From a bacterium (GTDB taxonomy: Bacteria > Bacillota > Clostridia > Oscillospirales > Acutalibacteraceae), in assembly GCA_020625635.1 (NCBI GenBank), contig JAHLBL010000001.1, forward strand, positions 1 to 41,311: 41,311 bases of DNA, given 5' to 3'. The translations under genes were made by a program, and so were the position numbers. The notes beneath the pieces are model-generated. The model saw only the letters and a program-made list of their open reading frames with translations, had not been told where the DNA came from and ran no database searches. Below, one piece after another: positions 37,928 to 41,311 of this stretch (position 1 is its first letter; each line of letters begins with the position of its first letter).

Positions 37928-39245
37928 TTACGCGATTCCCGCGATAAACTTCTGGATCGCCGTGCAGTCCTTGATCGTTACACGCGTGTCGCCGTCATAA
38001 TCGGCGAGCTTCTTCTGCTCTTCGTCGAGCTCGGAGATAGACGCGATGCTCTTCTGGATCTCGGTGCAGTCCTTGATGTTGACCTTTCCGCTGCGGTCTA
38101 CGTCGCCTAACTCATACTTGGGAGCGGGCTCTGTTTCCGTTACGGTTTCGGTCTCTGTCTCAGTCTCGGTCTCTGTCTCTGTAACCGTCTCGGTTTCAGG
38201 CTCGACTATAACTACGCTGCCGTCCGACTTACCGATTCTCGCGAGGGGAGCGGTAATCTCGTCAACGTCGTCCTTCTCGTGAGAGGTACTGGGATCCGCG
38301 GTGTAATTGCCCTTTACATTATCAACCATGCTGAGGTCAAAGGGGCAGCAGTCGAGAGCGGATTCGCCTCTGCCGCAGAGAGTCATAGCGCCGATACCCT
38401 TTGAGGTCAGCTGGCTCGCTGTAATTCCAAGAACAGAGAGCGGGATCTTCATCTCATAGAAGCTGTCGTACTTGGTATTATGTACGCCCTTGCTTCCCTT
38501 ATATGTCTTATAATCAACCCAGTCAGCGCTGTCGGAGCAAACATCATCGGGCGACTGAGAATCGTTAAGTCCCCAGATGCTGCTGCCTACGTTGCCGTCA
38601 TACATCTTGTACTCAATGCCCTCGGATTTGAACAATTTGCAGTTAGTTTTATAGTCGGAGTTACCCGAGGCATCGGCGGCTGTGAAGTGTCCGGGATCAC
38701 CCGAACCAGCCTTTGTGCTCATATAGAACAGGTGGTCAACGTGGGTTTTGTAGTCGATTTTATCGCCCCAGATATAATCACCGCTTCTTTACCTTACCTG
38801 TCATACCGGGTGAGGAGGGGTTTACGCTGAGAGCGAGAATGAGGTGCAGATCGCCCATCTTACCGCCGTCCATCAGCGAAGCGTCGCCCGCGTTCTGCCA
38901 TGTATCTGTAGTATTGACGTACTGCATACCGATATAGAGGTTCTTATCATCCCACGCGGCATAAAGTCCAGCGGCGTCGATAAGGCAGTTTTCGTGAGCG
39001 CCCTTCCAGTGGTTGGCAACGTCCCACGCGCCTGTTGTAGCGATCTTCATATCATCGGACCAGTCGCTGCCGTCACCGTCGATAGTGATCGTCTTCTTAA
39101 CGCCGACCTTACCGCCGGGGTTGGTAGCGTAATACTTCGCGAGCTTATCGCCTGCCGCCGATGTTGAAATAACACCCTCGGCAACACACGAAGCAACAAG
39201 AATCAGCACAAGAATAAGCGATGAAAGCTTCTTTGGAAATTTCAT
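37928..39245 (-). pseudogene. Frameshifted gene for a secreted CBM74-like starch-binding protein with Thr/Glu linker and C-terminal type I dockerin (~438 aa if repaired)
   Basis: ORFs 38778-39245 and 37928-38722 join by removing one base at ~38778-38788: ...MTGKVK|SGDYIWGDKIDYKTHVDHLFYMSTK.... Signal peptide MKFPKKLSSLILVLILVASC...SAA; two Ca-binding dockerin repeats GDVDRSGKVNIKD and ADYDGDTRVTIKD. CBM74 call rests on recalled motifs (YYATNP.G.VG...TITIDG..SDW; LYAAWDD.NLY; HEK.D.D.IT.PLARIG). Confidence 0.75.
38125..38200 (-). repeat. Degenerate 6-bp tandem repeat encoding a (TE)n linker
   Basis: GTCTCN units encode ETETVTETETETETETETVTETEP. Confidence 0.85.
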
Positions 39246-39296
39246 TTCAAAACTCCTTTTTAAAGATTTGGAGAATCTTTCCCCCAATTATGTTTT

Positions 39297-39325
39297 ATTA
39301 TACAACAAGAGGACAGTTATATCAA
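39297..39325 (-). promoter_or_regulatory. Sigma-A promoter for the CBM74-like/dockerin gene
   Basis: Minus strand TTGATA-17 nt-TATAAT; AAGGAG RBS before ATG 39245. Confidence 0.7.
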
Positions 39326-39328
39326 CAC

Positions 39329-39381
39329 AAAAAACACCGCACACACAAAAATCAGCATTTTGCATATGCGGTATCTTTTTT
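39329..39381 (-). terminator. Terminator after the spoVM-like gene
   Basis: Minus-strand RNA GAUACCGCAUAUGCAAAA...UUUUGUGUGUGCGGUGUU plus U tract; mismatches become G-U pairs only on the minus strand. Confidence 0.75.
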
Positions 39382-39407
39382 ACAATTTTTATTTGTTTAT
39401 TATTTGT

Positions 39408-39503
39408 TCAGTATTCCGCAATGCGCGGTAATTTCGGTATTCCGAATATTTTCCTGAGGAAAAAGGATATGAACTTCGGGTTTTCGATAAGTACAACTTT
39501 CAT
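39408..39503 (-). CDS. spoVM: SpoVM-like amphipathic peptide (31 aa)
   Basis: Not in ORF track. MKVVLIENPKFISFFLRKIFGIPKLPRIAEY; MK start, Pro9-Lys-Phe as in B. subtilis SpoVM (MKFYTIKLPKFLGG...); AGGAGG RBS 5 nt upstream. Confidence 0.8.
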   Translation of the reverse strand: MKVVLIENPKFISFFLRKIFGIPKLPRIAEY

Positions 39504-39649
39504 AACTGCCTCCTGCAAAGCGATATCGCCAGTAGTATTACGGTGACAAGTGAAATTATCAGCACCCACCTGCACGGCAGAACCGTCGCGAGCAGCAGCC
39601 CCAGTCCAAACGCGAGCGCCACGGAAATCTGATGTCGATAAGTTATCAT
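39500..39649 (-). CDS. Small hydrophobic membrane protein (49 aa), unknown function
   Basis: Not in ORF track. MITYRHQISVALAFGLGLLLATVLPCRWVLIISLVTVILLAISLCRRQL; GGGGTGA RBS; ATGA overlap with spoVM. Confidence 0.65.
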   Translation of the reverse strand: MITYRHQISVALAFGLGLLLATVLPCRWVLIISLVTVILLAISLCRRQL

Positions 39650-39743
39650 TTAATCACCCCTTAACAGGGTACGCACAGGAGCGTAATGTGTGAATAAAAG
39701 TTATTCCCAAAGGCTCTCTGCGCCGAACCGCTCCCCGGAAATA

Positions 39744-39772
39744 TTGACATTCCCGTTTCCCGATACTATAAT
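39744..39772 (+). promoter_or_regulatory. Consensus sigma-A promoter for the RluA-family gene
   Basis: TTGACA-17 nt-TATAAT, ending 6 nt before the ATG. Confidence 0.85.
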
Positions 39773-39778
39773 AGCCCT

Positions 39779-40714
39779 ATGAGACAGATTACCATTAACG
39801 AAAACGACGCAGGTCAGCGCCTCGACAAATTCCTTTCCAAGCGGTTCAGGACGATGCCGAAGTCGCTGATGTACAAATACATACGCACCAAATACATCAA
39901 GCTCAACGGCAAAAAGTGCGACAAAAGCGATTTTGTCAGGGCGGGTGATGTTCTGACGCTTTATATTAAGGACGAGTTCTTCGAGGAGAGCGAACAGAAA
40001 AACTATGAATTCCTTAAAGCGCCCGACAAGCTCGACATCGTGTACGAGGACGAAAATCTGATTCTGCTCGACAAGAAGCCGGGGCTGATAGTCCATCAGG
40101 ACAAGAGCTATCACTTCGACAGTCTCGTTATGCGCGTACAGCACTACCTGTACAACAAAGGCGAGTACGACCCGGAACAGGAAAAGTCCTTCTCCCCCGC
40201 TCTCGTAAACCGCATCGACAGAAACACGGGCGGTATCGTTATAGCCGCCAAAAACGCCGAGAGCCTGCGGATCCTCAACGAAAAGCTACGCACGAGAGAG
40301 ATCGAGAAGTACTATCTCTGTCTGGTGTGCGGCACTCCCAAACGCAAGACCGCGGTGCTTAAGGACTGGCTGAAAAAGAACAACAGCACAAACACGGTCA
40401 CCGTGTCGCGCAAGCCGTCCGACGGAGCAAAGGAGATAATAACCGAGTACCGCGTGCTCGAAAGCCGCGGCGACGTGTCGCTCTGCGAGGTGCTGCTCCA
40501 TACGGGCAGGACGCATCAAATCAGGGCGCATATGGCTTTTATCGGTCATCCGCTCGTGGGCGACAGCAAGTACGGAAAAAACAAGAAGAATTTTATAAGC
40601 GGAAAGTATCAGGCGCTCTACTCCTATAAGCTGAAATTCGCGTTTAAGGACGACTCGGGCAGGCTCGGCTATCTTAACGGCAGAGAGTTCGAGGTCAGGG
40701 ACGTTGGGTTTTAA
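39779..40714 (+). CDS. RluA-family (RluC/RluD-like) pseudouridine synthase with S4 domain
   Basis: GQRLDKFL, IVYEDE, KKPGLIVH, NRIDRNTGG (catalytic Asp), TGRTHQIRAH, GHPLVGDSKYG. Confidence 0.93.
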   Translation: MRQITINENDAGQRLDKFLSKRFRTMPKSLMYKYIRTKYIKLNGKKCDKSDFVRAGDVLTLYIKDEFFEESEQKNYEFLKAPDKLDIVYEDENLILLDKKPGLIVHQDKSYHFDSLVMRVQHYLYNKGEYDPEQEKSFSPALVNRIDRNTGGIVIAAKNAESLRILNEKLRTREIEKYYLCLVCGTPKRKTAVLKDWLKKNNSTNTVTVSRKPSDGAKEIITEYRVLESRGDVSLCEVLLHTGRTHQIRAHMAFIGHPLVGDSKYGKNKKNFISGKYQALYSYKLKFAFKDDSGRLGYLNGREFEVRDVGF

Positions 40715-40756
40715 ATCCCGATCGCTATTTAATTCCGTAAATAACAGCAATAACAT

Positions 40757-40801
40757 GGTCGGACAGATAAGGTTTTTCAACCTGTCTGCCCGACCGTTTT
40801 T
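40757..40801. terminator. Terminator hairpin between convergent genes
   Basis: GGTCGGACAGA...TCTGCCCGACC followed by G and T5 on the plus strand. Confidence 0.65.
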
Positions 40802-40816
40802 ATATTCTATTTATTA

Positions 40817-41311
40817 TCATTCCACTGTCATAGGCACGCCTACAACTTTTATTTCCGTTAACGAATTATAAGGTGCTGCCTCATAGGCGGCAGGTTCCGT
40901 TGTCGGTACGGAGAACGAGGTCTCTAAGGTGTTGCCGAGTAATGTTCTGCCTTCCTCACTCAGGCTGTAAACGCGGACGCCGTCGATCGCGTCGGAGGTT
41001 GTCCAGCTCAGAAGAGTTGCGTCCTCGACCTGCTCGGAGGTCAGCGTATCAAGTCCCGTCTGACCGCGCAGGACTTTATATTTCTTATCGGAATCGCCCT
41101 TTGCGCGGATCGTAACCTCTTCGCCCGTGACGTTCTTATTTTCATAGATCTCAGCGGCTACGTTGGCGAACGACAGCTTTACATCGGGCATAGTGCTCGG
41201 GCACGAGAACATATTGCCTGTGACGAGAATCGTTTTCTCGACCGTCTTGTCTGGATCGTTAGTTCCGACGTAGTAAATGCACTCGGTCTCTACCGAGGAA
41301 AGGCTGTTGTC
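40817..41311 (-). CDS. 3' part of a hypothetical protein (starts beyond the window)
   Basis: Frame is open to the window end (DNSLSSVETECIYYVGTNDPDKTVEKTILVTGNMF...); codon style matches neighbouring genes; no motif recognised. Confidence 0.7.
   Translation of the reverse strand, partial: DNSLSSVETECIYYVGTNDPDKTVEKTILVTGNMFSCPSTMPDVKLSFANVAAEIYENKNVTGEEVTIRAKGDSDKKYKVLRGQTGLDTLTSEQVEDATLLSWTTSDAIDGVRVYSLSEEGRTLLGNTLETSFSVPTTEPAAYEAAPYNSLTEIKVVGVPMTVE

Noticed and set aside
38125-38200. Tandem repeats as CRISPR array or phase-variable tract
   Set aside because: Degenerate in-frame 6-mers encoding a Thr/Glu linker; no spacers or cas genes.
38778-38792. Programmed ribosomal frameshift of prfB or dnaX type
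   Set aside because: No CTT-TGA or X XXY YYZ site, and poor tRNA re-pairing for AAG or CGG in the +1 frame; kept only as an unexplained indel.
37779-40795. Shared GTCTGCCCGA in hairpins at ~37804 and ~40784 as a REP/MITE family
   Set aside because: Only a 10-bp match in two copies, both explained as terminators.
1-41311. Mobile elements, defence systems, tRNA or rRNA genes
   Set aside because: No transposase, integrase, RT, nuclease-defence or structural RNA signatures seen; intergenic gaps are short and mostly explained by promoters and terminators.

Overview
Core-chromosome window from a spore-forming, dockerin-bearing Firmicute, most likely an Oscillospiraceae/Ruminococcus bromii-like gut or rumen organism (inferred from dockerin style and gene content). 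Almost all genes are on the minus strand. The left 21 kb is one long housekeeping run: hprK-murB-rapZ-whiA-xseB-ispA-dxs-tlyA-nadK-argR-recN-recJ-rel-dtd-MBL hydrolase-hemZ, then a zinc-ribbon protein, yabM/spoVB-like flippase, mazG and hup. The right half holds a forespore membrane island (gerAA/gerAB-like divergent from DUF421-DUF4363), a Zn/Mn ABC transporter, secDF, an aminotransferase, an orphan Wzz/BY-kinase pair, oadG-oadB, spoIVA, sipL and an RluA-family synthase. I saw no tRNA, rRNA, CRISPR array, transposase or prophage. Best leads: (1) a secreted, non-catalytic CBM74-like + dockerin gene split by a +1 frameshift at ~38778-38788; (2) two small ORFs missed by the ORF track, a 31-aa SpoVM-like peptide translationally coupled to a 49-aa membrane peptide, which together with sipL and spoIVA form a spore-coat basement-layer cluster interrupted by the dockerin gene; (3) a probably leaderless RluA-family gene; (4) long inverted repeats overlapping sigma-A promoters. 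Family assignments come from recognised motifs, not database searches.
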